Shown one piece after another: positions 37,021 to 52,129 of a DNA stretch of 64,000 nucleotides. The notes below the pieces were generated by a model, which saw only the letters and a program-made list of their open reading frames with translations, was not told where the DNA came from and made no database searches. The position numbers and the translations under genes were made by a program. The DNA is from Tubiluchus corallicola. Its lineage: Eukaryota; Animalia; Priapulida. Position 1 is the stretch's first letter; each line of letters starts with the position of its first letter. The stretch covers positions 19,289 to 83,288 of the forward strand of contig JAQGDQ010000890.1 of the NCBI GenBank assembly GCA_030141605.1, written 5' to 3'.

Positions 37021-37546
37021 CTACAACCCTGGGGGGGGGGGGGTGAGTCGTGAACGTAAATGCCACACTTACATCTAGTCTATATGTTTCTAGCCGATGT
37101 TATTCGTGTTTGCCATACTCTGGTCTTGCGCCTCTGTACATGTTCTGCCAGTAGTGAAGATTAATTGTAATCTGTCCTCCTCGAATCAATATCCAGAACA
37201 GTACTCGTACAATACTACCGGCTTCGAATACGTGTAAGAACATAACTGCAATAAAGTATAGTAAATTAAGAATAATGGGCCACATAGGCTTAGGTGTAAT
37301 ATTGCTGCAGTGTTTGAGATGGCTTGTCAAGTTACCTATAAGCAGGCAATCTATCATCAAACAGACAGATACGCATCGATTCAGGTCACGTGTTCTGATC
37401 AAGTTGCTAGGTTTCACGCAAACTATAACGACTAAGTAGCAAACCTTTTAACTTGTGAGTACTTCTGGTTTCAATACCAATCATAGAAAATTAATGACGG
37501 GAACAACGATAAGAAATCAAAACTAACGTCTGATCACGGAAATCTA

Positions 37547-38462
37547 AGGCCCATTTCACACAGAGGACGCAAGGAAAATGTCGCACGGAATAACTGTAGT
37601 CAGAAAATGAGAGGATCTGCAGAAAATTTTCGAGTTCTTTTTGTCAACGCACGTAACAAGAAAGTTCCTTTCACACAGAAAAAACGCGGTTTTTAACCCG
37701 CATTTAGCTACTTCAGAACCTATGATACATTATAATAATGTAACCGGACGCCATTGTATTTTCTCACAACAATCTAGATTCTAATGACAATGACGTTAAT
37801 CATATCCTGGTAATCAGTCTCGAACCCGAACCGTGAGCCAAAACTTAGTGCGGTTCCTGGCACTGACTAGCGCCCTTCGTTAGTGAATTCCAGTCTGCTT
37901 GTCTATATGCTTCATACTCATCTTATCCATGTTGTTACGTATGTAATAAACGGTCTCTCTAAATAGTTTTGGGTTGGTGTTTATCGTTGCTACAATAACA
38001 TCTATACATACTTATATGTATATATCTACATATATCTATATAAACAAATAAATAAATAATATGTATATATACATATTCTTTATTTGTTTTTAAAAATGTA
38101 AGTATAATTATTGCATTAATAAAACAAAAAATCGTCTGTGTGCTAAAAGTCGCATTAAAAGCTTACAATTTTGTGCTGAATCACACTAATTGTTGTTCGC
38201 TAAACAAGAAAGAACTAATTAACTAGTTCCGTAAAAACGGAACATGCACTGTTTCTACCAAGCGGCAAATTTCCTCATGAGGAGGACGCGTAGCTTCTAG
38301 CTAATGCAGCTTTTTCGCGTGGAAAGCCACGAGGAAAATGCCTTGTGGGACGTCTGTGTGAAATGCGTCATAGAAAAAGCAATGTTTCATTTTCATGAGG
38401 AATCACGGAAGGAATTTTCCCTCGAAGAACTTTGCCGCGCGCCTTCTGTGTGAAATGGGCCT
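37547..38462. mobile_element. MITE (tentatively PIF/Harbinger-like) with perfect ~18-bp TIRs
   Basis: TA|AGGCCCATTTCACACAGA ... TCTGTGTGAAATGGGCCT|TA, with subterminal TTCACACAGA repeats. Confidence 0.85.
37739..37994 (+). mobile_element. Solo LTR (Gypsy-like) nested in the MITE
   Basis: ATAA|TGTAAC ... GCTACA|ATAA. TG..CA ends, 4-bp TSD, and AATAAA ~45 bp before the 3' end. Confidence 0.7.
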
Positions 38463-39324
38463 TATGTATCACATCAGCTATAACAATGCTTAATCAACGA
38501 TTGCTGGAAAGAAGCGAATCACTGTAGATTTTTACACTGTGTGTTGGTCGCTCGTAAAGATATTAATGACATTGTCACGCTGAATGTAATGAATGAGGTA
38601 GGCAGTTGTAGAAAACGCGTGTGTGCAGTAATTTTTCAACTGTTGGAGGCGCTTGGGAGCTTTTTCAAATTACCTACTGGCGCCAGAGAATTCCAAAGAA
38701 TCCCGTTCAGCTTCAACAGTTACAACAGATTTGTGTTTCCTCATTTTAATTGTATAGGTACTTTTTGAAAAACCATACAGTTCGAATTTTTATGCATTTC
38801 GGTACACTGCATCCGTCACGTTAGAATCCTTCATGCAGTAACTGCAGAGTGTATCATCTATGTTAAGTGGTTATGGCGGGACCGGAATCTTTCTCACTAC
38901 TTCCTTTCTTCCTCACTCATGTCTTACCTTAAGGTTAAATGCCGAATACAATATAAATTTTAGCTCACAATACATTTATGTGCATACATGTATAACATGT
39001 ATAAAATTTATTCTGGTTTTATCGTAAATTTTAGCAAAACTCCTTGTTCTTATATATTTGTAAGTAAAGCGCAAATTTAGAAAAGTTTGTCATTTTTAAT
39101 ACTGTCCTAATAGTATAATCTAAATAATCCCAGTGAATGAATTCTGTTATTATGGGCCTTAATTATTGTGAATAATTACTAAAATATTTTATAAGCAAAT
39201 TACACTTATATCATGATACAGTGCAGAATCATCGCCTTGCAAAATAGAGGCCTTGCAAGTATATATATATATATATATGTATGTAAGCAAGGCCTCTATT
39301 TACATATTGTGCAAATAAAGATTT

Positions 39325-39382
<58 letters not shown>

Positions 39383-39400
39383 AGATCATCATCATCTTCA
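39325..39400. repeat. (CAT)n microsatellite
   Basis: Seen directly. Confidence 0.95.
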
Positions 39401-39837
39401 TGAATTACCTTAGTTATACTTAGGATACATGCTTCAATACGAAAAATATCCAGCAGTAGTATTGTTGATGAAGCTAACCGAAAACATTTTCAAAATCTGA
39501 CAGCCAACCATTGACTGAGAAGACCCAATGTTGCTTCAATTCGTCGCCAAATACACACAGTTAACGTCCAACCGCATTTCCCTTCACCCGTAAAACCACT
39601 TAAATAAATGATATTTACTGGCCTTCTCACAATTTGGACTTACATTACTGCACAACCTATAGTTATTCAGCTTCATTTAAAGTGCTATATTTACCACTGA
39701 ATCGATAAAGTAATGAAAATTTTACCCAATATTTGCACCGTATAGTGGACACAAGAGACGAGCAAAGCAAGACGTAGCAAAGCTTTATCCACCGAATGAC
39801 ACATATGTACTAAAAACGCTGTTATACCTGAAATTAA

Positions 39838-40355
39838 TAATATCTTAGAATTACATTTATAAAATGAAAAGAAATGTATTCTTGGCTGAAATGACACTAT
39901 CCAATAATTCCTAATATCTTAGAATTACATTTATAAAATGAAAAGAAATGTATTCTTGGCTGAAACGGCACTATCCAATAATTCCTAATATCTTAGAATT
40001 ACATTTATAAAATGAAAAGAAATGTATTCGTGGCTGAAATGGCACTATCCAATAATTCCTAATATCTTAGAATTACATTTATAAAATGAAAAGAAATGTA
40101 TTCTTGGCTGATATGGCACTATTCAGTAATTCCTAATATCTTAGAATTACATTTATAAAATGAAAAGAAATGTATTCGTGGCTGAAATGGCACTATCCAA
40201 TAATTCCTAATATCTTAGAGTTACATTTATAAAATGAAAAGAAATGTATTCTTGGCTGAAATGGCACTATCCAATAATTCCTAATATCTTAGAATTACAT
40301 TTATAAAATGAAAAGAAATGTATTCTTGGTTGAAATGGCACTATCCAATAATTCC
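39838..40355. repeat. 74-bp tandem repeat, 7 near-identical copies
   Basis: TAATATCTTAGAATTACATTTATAAAATGAAAAGAAATGTATTC... at a 74-bp period. Confidence 0.96.
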
Positions 40356-41131
40356 TGACTCCAAAACAGATTACATTACATAACAAAAAATTTCTGCACT
40401 CACAAGATGGCGCTAACATTTAAAATGGCGCGAATTTCGAATTGTGATTAGTTGCTCTATACGGCGAATTTCGAATTGTGATTAGTTGCTCTATACGGTT
40501 GTTTTATTGACAAGCCACTGGCATAGCAGTGTCTAGTTTTTTGCTGAATTACTGCTGTGTTTACCTGTCTTGAGGGCAGAGTTTTTCTATTTTAGAATTC
40601 TGCCTGCCCAATGTCTACAATTGACGTAATGGGCATATGATGATGATGATACGGTTGTTAACGAATGTTTCTCATTCTTAAACTTAAACTTTCTGTTCTT
40701 TTAAAAAATATATAACTTTTAATATAACATTTATTTCTTTTACTCACATGCTAACGCTGCACCGTAAAACCTGACTCCCAGGGCTGATTCTGGTGCCATT
40801 GTAACCCCATAGACAAGACTGTACAGATTAGCTGGGAACAACAGCGACTGTAAAAATTGAAAACTGATCTTTATAACAACGTATTAGTCTTACACCAGTA
40901 GCCTGCCCTCGCCTCTCCGAACGTATAATAGTATAACAAAACGTATAATAAAAGTATCAGTAAAAATCTGGGTTTTTTAACAAAGAAACTGGATGGTGAG
41001 AGAGAAACTGGATGGTATACCCACTGCAGGCCCCACTCATTACCTGTACATTTTTGCAATAGTGTTACAGTTGGTTATTTTCCATTTCACATTTTTATTT
41101 TCAGGTTTAACAGTAACTGTTCAAATTAACC

Positions 41132-41279
41132 ACTACTACTACTACTACTACTACTACTTTTAGTGGTGGTGGTCGTGGTAATAATGATAATAATAATAAC
41201 AATAATAATAATGACAATAATAATAATAATAATAACAACAACAACAACAACAACAACAACAAACACCACCACCACCACC

Positions 41280-41330
<51 letters not shown>

Positions 41331-41356
41331 AATAATAATAACAATAACAATAATAT
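41132..41356. repeat. Compound trinucleotide microsatellite (ACT/AAT/AAC/ACC)
   Basis: Seen directly. Confidence 0.95.
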
Positions 41357-41920
41357 TGAATATGACACAACTAAGCGTTGTATCTTAACGTTTTATTCAT
41401 TTTCGTTTTAGTTTTTAACATTAAACGTGAAATACAGTAGAGAGTAATACTTTTAGGAAAGACAGAAGAACAAAGCGGTAGATGGTTTAGATGTATTCAA
41501 TTGAAATTTGTCACACTTACCAAAATGGACAGCAATGCATACGTTGCTGTTTCCAACATTTCCCAGTATAAAAGTCCTCTAGGTAACTTGCTGTACAAGT
41601 GTTCACTATGACCAAGGATCTGACTGATCTGCAAACATTAATGTTTTTATTACTGTTAGGAAAAGAATAACAAATATACAATCCTATTAATAACCAGTTC
41701 AATATTTAATCATGACATTTACGTAATTTGTATGAATAAATAGAAAACCTGTTAAATTTTAAAGCCACTGACATTCGAACCTAATTTTTCTGTATCTTCT
41801 GCAAAATCTTCTATACTATTCCATACCTTATAGGTGTCTGGGTGCAATTTAGACTTATCTAATTATTTGCTTCTACGGCGACATTTTATTCTGCCCTCAT
41901 CTTTCAGACAACAACACTCA

Positions 41921-42470
41921 TTAAAGGAGAGGACAAGCCATTTAGCATGCTAGGATTATTTTACTTAAATCACTTAAACTTAGAAAAATAAAAGTGGCAA
42001 AAACTGTCTGTAAAGCATAAAGCTAGTTACCACTGTACAGAAATTTTCTGACGCGATTGTAGCCTCTATTCGCCTAAAAATGATGACCTAGCTGGTGGAC
42101 TTCGTGATGTTTTTCGGAAGGCCAACGTGGCTTTCCACAAACGCACGCTACATAAACTAATTCAATCTTCTACAGCTTACCAAACGCTCGTGCAAAAATA
42201 TCACAAAATTAGCTATCTAATTTTATGTAAAAATCTTGTAAAAGATGTTTGAAGGAAATTGACAGTGCGCTGCTTTTCTTCAGCCGACGTCACTGGTGGA
42301 AGAATAGGCATTCAAAATAAGAGCGCTCAATCGTGAAATGATCACGACTTTACAGTAATTTTACTAATTTCACCAGAAACTTATCACACGTTTAATACTG
42401 AATCCTTCTCGGATTTTTGCGAACAAAGAAATAAGCTTAACATCCCAGAAGGGTATTTGCCTTTCTTTAA
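41921..42470. mobile_element. TTAA-flanked DNA element remnant (Kolobok-like)
   Basis: Begins TTAAAGGAG and ends CTTTCTTTAA. The right part is homologous (inverted) to 14535-14715. Confidence 0.5.
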
Positions 42471-42877
42471 CAATTTAATACGATCTCATAACACACAAAT
42501 GTCTCTGTTCTTGTAACATTAATATTGTGCAACTGCAGGTCTTCTGATTCTAAAAGTAAATATAATAAACTAACTCATGTATGTTCAGTCTTTTCTATAA
42601 TTACATTTTTGTTAGTTAGAAATACTGATAATTGAAGGTCAAGTTTAAATGATTTGGTAAGGTTGGTCAGCCAACTTATAAGACAGTGCCTATTTTCAAT
42701 CACGAAGGTACGAATTCGATTTTGCAAACGCCAATCCATGACGTGCAAAAAAATTCTGCCTTCTGTTGTGATGTCTGGGTCAAAATGAAAAGAGGGGTAA
42801 GAATTTCCGAAACGCTGATACAACGATCATGAATGTACATGTTGCACTTACTAACACTGTAACTTCAGATTGTTTGC

Positions 42878-43530
<653 letters not shown>

Positions 43531-44379
43531 CTGTCATAATTTGCGTGAAGAGAAAGTGCACTACCACCACCTACGGCTATGTGATTGCAGGTAATGTCAT
43601 GATTGCGTTTGATAATTTCCCATTCACATTCTCGTTAAAATTTCGCTATAAATGCAGCGCAAGACAGCATGGTGACGTAAAATCAATAGCTTGCAGCGAT
43701 TATTAAAATCTCAACATGCAGCGCCTAACAAGAATATTTCACTCAACGTGGCATTTTCGAGTTTCATGAAAAGTCGAGTTCTGAGTTGCGTTTGAAATCC
43801 TGCTTCTACCTGTCAGCTTTAGATTTTTTCAGCACTCGTGAAATTCGTTAGGCTGAATTGGCGCCTTCTGCCCAACTCTATTTTTGTTCTAGCAGCTGCA
43901 GCAGCAACTATATTGCGTCTATCATTTTAACACCATATTACGACGAACGTCTTTGCCAGAAAGAGACACTTAAATGAGGGATAGAAAATAAATCGCTTAG
44001 ACCTGACAGAGCAGCCACTTGAGAATCGCACGGGTGATTGAATTATGAATCCGACTCAAACAGTTGAAACTTAAGTGGAAATGTAATAGAAAAGACATTA
44101 AGGCAATAATGATTAATAACGTTAGACGATTAAGAAATCGATAGACAGAATGGAGGTGGAAGAGATTTTAACTACTTGCTGTGACGTGAGTAGAATCAGT
44201 AAAAGAATAAAACCAAATCAGTTTTGACGACAAATAGACAAATACATATGCTGACAAGCAGACAGACAAACAGACAGGCAGACAAAAACGCAAACAAAAT
44301 GGAGATATAGAAACACGGAAAGGAGTGAGTAGGAGTGTGTGAAGAAGTGAGACAAAGAGGGATAACATCACACGCATAC

Positions 44380-44548
<169 letters not shown>

Positions 44549-45571
44549 GTGAGGGAGAGAGCAAAGAGATGGAACGTTTAAAACCAGTTCTCGGAAATGC
44601 ACTAGCTAAAGAAACATCATTATAAAAAAATGTTAAGATAATCATTAGAGGACTTGTATAACTTAAGACAGCGTAATTTAAACAGAATACAGGAGAGCAT
44701 TGAAATCAGTTTGAGGGAAGTTGTTCAGAAGCTAGCATTAGCTGAGGAAGTTTGTCCAAATGATAAACGTTGGGTCTACTTAGCAAGACATTTTAGCTCA
44801 GACATCTTTAACTTGTTTATGTGTCCTTCAGCAAGCTTAGCTTGAAAGTGATGTATAAACATGTCAAAGCCAAATCAACTGTAAAGCAATTTAACCTTCT
44901 ACATCGGAAGTTTCTAAAGTTGCTCGTTATTTTTGAATTTTAATTAAAAATTAATAGCAGTTATAATTTATATAATAGGAACCTATGACAGTTTGGTGAC
45001 TGAATGTCTGATTCATAAGAATTTTAATGGCTTCATAAATCTACTGTAGCAATTTTAATTTACTAATATATATATATATATAAGCCACGGAGCTTTAAAT
45101 GTTGACTCAAAGTTCTCAGTTACTGAATTCACAAGATGGACGTCGTCAGTCCATTGGTTGCAAAGAAAATTGCAAATCAAATTACTCAATGAAATCAGTG
45201 AGGGATTTATGAAACACTTTGGATAATTTTAATCATATGCCAATTTCGAACAATTTTCGTAGCTGTTTATATTTTAACTTTTACTTTACGTTACAAAAAC
45301 ATCTTACAATTTCAAACAACGAGATTTTAAATTCATCTTGAGAAAATTTTCAAAGCGTCATGTTTTTATGGAGAAATGATAATTACCTTAGATCTATGTA
45401 CGTCGCCATTATCTGTTTCCCCGACGCCCAAAACTTTTCTTGTTTTCAATCGACTCTGTAAGTCTCCTGAACTGTGTTTTCTGAAATAAAAGCAATAAGA
45501 ATGAAACAAAATTTCTAGTACGAAATACAGCAAAGCCGCGTTACTGCAGTAATGCAAGTTCACTTTGTATT

Positions 45572-46245
45572 CCCGACTCTTGCTTACCCATTCCCAGACA
45601 GTCTTGACTCCTGCTTACCCATTCCCAGACAGTCCCGACTCTTGCTTACCCATTCCCAGACAGTCCCGACTCTTGCTTACCCATTCCCAGACAGTCCCGA
45701 CTCTTGCTTACCCGTTCCCAGACACTCCCGACTCTTGCTTACCCATTCTCAGACAGTGCCGATTCCTGCTTACCCATTCCCAGACAGTCCCGACTCTTGC
45801 TTACCCATTCCCTGAAAGTCCCGACTCTTGCTTACCCATTCCCAGACTGTCCCGACTCTTGTTTACCCATTCCCAGACAGTACCGATTCCTGTTTACCCA
45901 TTCCCAGGCAGTCCCGACTCTTGCTTACCCATTCCCAGACAATCCCGACTCCTGCTTACCCATTCCCAGACAGTCCCGACTCTTGCTTACCCATTCCCAG
46001 ACAGTCTTGACTCCTGCTTACCCATTCCCAGACAGTCCCGACTCTTGCTTACCCATTCCCAGACAATCCCGACTCCTGCTTACCCATTCCCAGACAGTCC
46101 CGACTCCTACTTACCCATTCCCAGACAGTCCCGACTCCTGCTTACCCATTCCCAGACAGTCCCGACTCCTACTTACCCATTCCCAGACAGTCCCGACTCC
46201 TGCTTACCCATTCCCAGACAGCCCCCACTCCTGCTTACGCATTCC
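45572..46245. repeat. 31-bp minisatellite (~22 copies)
   Basis: CCCGACTCTTGCTTACCCATTCCCAGACAGT at 45572, 45603, 45634 and onward. Confidence 0.96.
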
Positions 46246-47162
46246 TTTTTTACCAAGATCTACTAAAATAGTTAACATAAGTTAGCCCACATTTCGCATA
46301 TAACCGTTTTGTAACATGTCTTTTCACTCGCTCGATTTTATCAATCATAGTAACATTATATAGATCCATACAGGGGTGCAATATACCAACAAAGGTCTAA
46401 CGAATGACTTATATGAAGTTAAAAGATCGTCAACGTTTTTCATAACAAAGCAGCGAAAAATTATATTTGCTACTTTAAAATGTAGAGAGTTAATGAATCT
46501 TTTTAACATCAGTATGTTAACGGCACTGTAGTCTTAGTTTTGTATCTAACGCATGTGTCTTTACAGCGTTTATGCACTAAGAAGTGTCATTATACAAGCG
46601 TATTTTTTACTTTTCCGATATTAGTGTTTATATAAAGCTTTTTATATATAATGAACAGTTGCTGAACATTTTCGTTTTCTCTGAGATTATAAATTTTGAG
46701 GTTTGTTTTTTCAAGCTTCCATGCGTTTTGTTAAAAGTGTAATCGGTTAGATTTGAGCAACCCATGTATAATCGGTTAGATCTGAGCAACCCATGTACAA
46801 CCAACATTCTTTAGAATTTAAAATATCTACTACACAGTCACACTCTGTGATGACAACGAACCACGCCATTTTGCGACCTAATCGGTAGTAACAATATTGT
46901 TTCTTCGATAACTACAGGATAAGTATTTGCTATCCCAATCACCGCTCACATGCTGTTCTTGTTCCATTCAAATGCTCGTTTTACTAAATCCATTTATGGC
47001 GAACTTAAGAAACTCTAATAAAAGGATCGATGACAAAGCGTTCGCTCTAAAAATGTTTGGTTTTCTCAGGCATGTAGCTTGGCATTAGTAGTTTGCCTAG
47101 GGAAAGTTCACTAAACAGCTGCATTGAAAGATGTCTACTCTGTGCAGCAGCAATGGCTCTTA

Positions 47163-47443
47163 TCACCAGCACCATTATCATCGTCACCATGATTATTGTC
47201 ACCACCACCACCTCCAACACCACCGCAACCATCATTACCATTACCACCACCACCATCATCACCACCACCACCTCCACTACCACCACCATCACTGTCACCA
47301 CCACATACACCATCACCACCACCACTGTCACCAATACCACCACCAACACCAACCACCACTACCACCGCCACTGTCACCATCAAAATTACCACCACCAACA
47401 CCACCACCGCCACCACCATCATCACTACCACCATCACCATCAT
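47163..47443. repeat. Degenerate (CAC/CAT)n microsatellite
   Basis: Seen directly. Confidence 0.9.
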
Positions 47444-49283
47444 ATAATGAGAAAAAAACAACAGAAAGACCCTAAAACTGCAGCTGTGTATAATTTTCTG
47501 CTGGTTTACGATTTTGCAGTAAACATTTTTGGCGTTCTCTTACTGACCTCTTAGCTGATTTAGCTTTCAATTCTCCAGTTCTTCCAAAACAGTTTTAAGA
47601 AAGCTTGTACCATGAACATGAGTAAAACCTTAATCATCAAAACACAAAAAAACGAACTGATGCGCCAATGGACCAAGAGGACAATTTGGACCGAGAAGTA
47701 TGAGGCTGGTAAGCAAAATGATTTTAAGAATCAGTCAGAAGAGTCAAAAGAATGATGAAGTAAACACAAGCATGGGACCGTGACCATGTAATGTAATGTA
47801 TTGGAATAGAATGGATATTGAAAAAACTTTCGTAATTCGTTATAGGCATAGCCTGATTTGATGGGTCACAGATAAATACGAGGATCAGTGAATGTTCTAC
47901 ACGTGGATTTTGTTGTCAATAACAATTGGAGAGGCTAGCTTTGCTTACACATTCCTCGCGAAGCATTTACAACCGTCCCGTATAGAAGTGGCTTTACTCC
48001 ACCAATAAAAAACAGACCTGGGATCAAGTATGCGAGTGTAATAAACCATCCCTTTCCATCATATTCTACAACAAAGAGATGTCGATTTGTCATCTATCGT
48101 AAAAGTAATTTTTCAAGTTTACCTTACGCGCTGAATAGAACCCCCCTTCCGCTGCTCCTGCAGCCGCCCTGCTTCGCATCCTAGAACAGCGAAATGGCTT
48201 AGGAAGACGAATGGCATGATATCCCAGAAATAAATTAAGTCTTTGTTCAGAAAAACAGAAAACAGTCGTGGACAGATTAAAGCAAAGCATCACAAATGGT
48301 GTGTCACAATAGAATAGCATAATTTATATGTCAAAGCAAAGCCTTCGTTATGTGGCTCATATGAGAGAGGAATGTTTTTGTATTCTTTCTGATTTCTGTC
48401 CTGATTTTCATTATATGTCTCCTAATGAGCAGTTCGTGTTTTTAAATGCGTCATAAGAAGCAGAAGTTATTAAAATTAATTCTTGATTGGTCCACAGAAT
48501 ATTTGAAGATAGGCCCGACAGTGATAACTCAGAGCAAGCTTGATTAGCTGATTAACTGTAATACATGTAATATTAAGTTTATGTTATATGTGTATGTTGC
48601 TCTGCAGTATGCGTTTTTTGTGCTTGAACCATTACACCACTTATATGTGGTTTCTTTGTTCTGACGTATGATGTTTCTAAGTCGTTTTTTTACTCTTGTA
48701 TTTTGCTTTGCTCAATGGTTTAATTAATAAATAATATGGCTTGATTAACTAAACTGAAGCCAAAATGAAACCATTTTCCCATTGTACTGACAAACTTGGT
48801 CCACATGCTCCATAACAATACAAAAGTAATGCTAGAGCAACAGCAATGAAATAAATAAACGAAAACCCTCCAATAAAATAGGCCAGCAAAAACAAACTTG
48901 TCTGTAAGCAAAATAGCGTCGTTTGGTAATAAAATATCTGAGCTGTAATCTTTAATTGGATAGGAAGGGCGATGATTAGCCAGATTAGTCACACTAAATT
49001 AAATCTCTGTTTTGTTTTTCTGCTACAAGAAAAAGAGGTAGTTTAACGAGCTGGTAGTTCTGTGAGCTAATATACTGTACAAGCAGTAAACTGGCTTTCA
49101 GACTTTGAAATATGTTTCTTGCTCGTTAAGACTATTATAAGCTTCAGATAATCCTGCATCACTTTAGGCAGGACTATTGACTCTAATCGTGACACTGAAC
49201 AATGAATTAAAGCTGAAGGATCACATACAAAAAAAAAACTAAAAACGTGCTCATTAATAGTGACAGGGGAAAGGAGACCATAG

Positions 49284-49543
<260 letters not shown>

Positions 49544-50432
49544 CACTTGAGCGAATCTCGTCGCGATGCAAGGCACTCTTATACATCGCTCAGCCAGTGG
49601 TGTTGAGACCTGCTTCAGGCATCGCATCTCTATTATGCAAAGAATGAATTTGGTTGCCCACTACAGCACCTGGATGCAGCTCAGTCTTTGTTACGTTTAG
49701 CTGTAGGTAATGTAGATTTGCGTCTGCTCACTGTCGGTTAACACCTCAAATGCCCTCAAAAGAAGAGCTTCAAGGTGATGGACGTGATTAAACTCTCAAT
49801 GGATTGACGAAGATTTAGTGTTTACTTAGCAGGCTGTTGATATTCTGTAATTCATAATGGTTGGATTTAACGGATCACTAGCAGGCAGTGTTACTGTAGA
49901 TTTGGGGGACTTGCAGCTTTTTATTGTTAACTAAATGTTATCTGTTCATTTGCTAATATTAGAACTAAATGTTTTCTGGACTAAGACACTGCAGCACGCT
50001 CATCTTCTTCTATGTCTTGAGTTCCCTGACTCATATTCCATAGCTTCGCAGCAGATGCCTTTGGGGATGAGCAACTCTACCCCACAAAGACTTATCATTG
50101 AAAAAGCCATGGAAACCTGTGTCATTAACTGACATTGAGGAATTAACGATGTAGTTACAAACGCGTCGTAATGCATTTTAACCGCACTTTAATTACGTTC
50201 ACAGAATAGTATCCATATTTTACAAGCGGCAACGTGATAGTAAAAACGAATGAAGCCAGTTTCCAGTCAGAACAAATTAAACACGATTCTGTTTAAAATC
50301 ATTTACAGCATCTTGACAGGCAAATTATTATCCTGCTTACAGAATGAGTCTAGTGTAGTGAAACACTGTAGGTATTTGATTTTATGAGAAAGAGGAAAAG
50401 AGAGAGGGCGGAGACAGCGAGCAACAAAAAGT

Positions 50433-50521
<89 letters not shown>

Positions 50522-50575
50522 AGAGAGAGAAAGGGAGAGGGGGAGTTAGAGGGGTAAAGATAGAGAGAGAAGAAA

Positions 50576-50627
<52 letters not shown>

Positions 50628-50632
50628 GAAGA

Positions 50633-50663
<31 letters not shown>

Positions 50664-50723
50664 AAGGAGGAGAGAGAGAAAGAGAGAGGGGGAGTTAGAG
50701 TTGTAAAGATAGAGAGAGAGAAG

Positions 50724-50764
<41 letters not shown>

Positions 50765-50870
50765 AAAGAGAGAAAGAGAGAGGGAGAAAGAGAGAGAGGG
50801 AGAAAGACGAAAGAACAATGAGGGGCAGGGAAAAGGAGATAGGAGAGATGGAAAAAAGGAAAGAGAAAGT
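50433..50870. repeat. (GA)n / polypurine tract
   Basis: Seen directly, with an internal duplication of GGGGAGTTAGAG..GTAAAGATAGAG. Confidence 0.95.
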
Positions 50871-52129
50871 GATCGATGATAACGACAGTCGATTAACCTG
50901 TCGTTACAGTTTAATACAAATTAGGAGAATGAAAAGTCTAGGATTGGATCTTCTTCACGTCCACCATGAGAAAAGCGATGACAAACGTGTAAATTTTAGT
51001 AAAAGCTTCTGGTGTTAACACTGACGTTTTCGCCACAATTTCTACAGCATTTCAAGAAGTGAAACTTTTTCATTGACGATTACGTCTTTTTTGCGTGTAA
51101 TAGGCCCACATTCTGCGATTCAAAACTGTCACTCTCAGACCAAATGCACCATAAATGATTAACAATAATATGACAAGAAATGATCATACAGTAGTCATCG
51201 GGGCTTTCAACATGCCTTTTTACAAGTTGTAACCACCTTTTTGCATCACCAGCGTTTTAACAAAACTGTATGCTTTGAGTTATTTATGCACTACACTTAA
51301 CATCTGTTATTTCAAAAATCCCTCGTAATCTTTTTTCTGATCACGGAAATCTTTAAAAGGGCGAAACTTAAAAAATTCAGACAATCCCGTTACGGTTATG
51401 CGTCGTGCCATTCCATTTGCAGAGCCTAGACGCTCAAAGAATCTCCATAACAAATGAAAGAGGTTAAAGCATTTAGTGTGTCAACTGAAAAGAGCCACAT
51501 TTTAAGAAATCTCTGCTTGCAAAATAAACTAATTGACTGACACTCTCCGACAAAGAATGAAATAATGGCTGTCAAAGCTTTCTAAATCCCTCTGACTGCT
51601 AGAGGATTTCGCATCAATATCTGTCTGTGGAGTTTTCCAACGTGAGAAGTAATGATGCTTCTTCCCCGATGATTAATTAAACAGATACGAGTCTTATCTG
51701 ACACAACAGGACTGAGGTCGATGAAAAAGTGGCAGAGATGAAGAGGTAAAATTGAAACGAAGCGTTTGCTGTATGATGGCTTCGTATCGACTCAATGATT
51801 TGCGTCAGCAAAAGAAAATGAGCAAAATGTAGCTCGAAAGCGAACGTTAAACAAGGCCAAGAGTAGCGGAAAATACATTTCTTTATTCTATAACAAAACC
51901 GTTAATTAAAGTAATCTTGCACAGAAGAAACTGCGTCCAAAATGCACTCTTAATATTTTATTAATTTGTGATCAGGAAAGCAGCAGACAACTTATCATCA
52001 TTTGTTTACATGATGAGCACCATTAAGCACCCATATAAGTGTCCATTACCTGTGGATAGTTTGAAAAACCCAGATGTTGAATTTGCTATAAAACCACGCA
52101 GATAAACCTTTTCTTCATTGAAATTGAAA

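Noticed and set aside
41521-41628. Thioester protein (A2M/CD109/C3) exon, from LYW..LETATYALL
   Set aside because: The resemblance is short, the usual spacer is missing, and no other TEP exons were found. Kept only as an orphan exon.
45572-46245. CRISPR-like array or repeat protein (also the 32-bp array at 11900)
   Set aside because: The units are contiguous with no unique spacers, no cas genes are present, and the context is eukaryotic. The 31-bp period breaks codon phase.
47047-47554. Poly-His/Pro/Thr/Gly ORFs
   Set aside because: Translations of a degenerate (CAC)n tract.
49600-50130. Faint Ariadne-like peptide (WIDEDLVF..QAVDIL)
   Set aside because: In-frame stops and no flanking similarity. 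Too weak to call a pseudogene.
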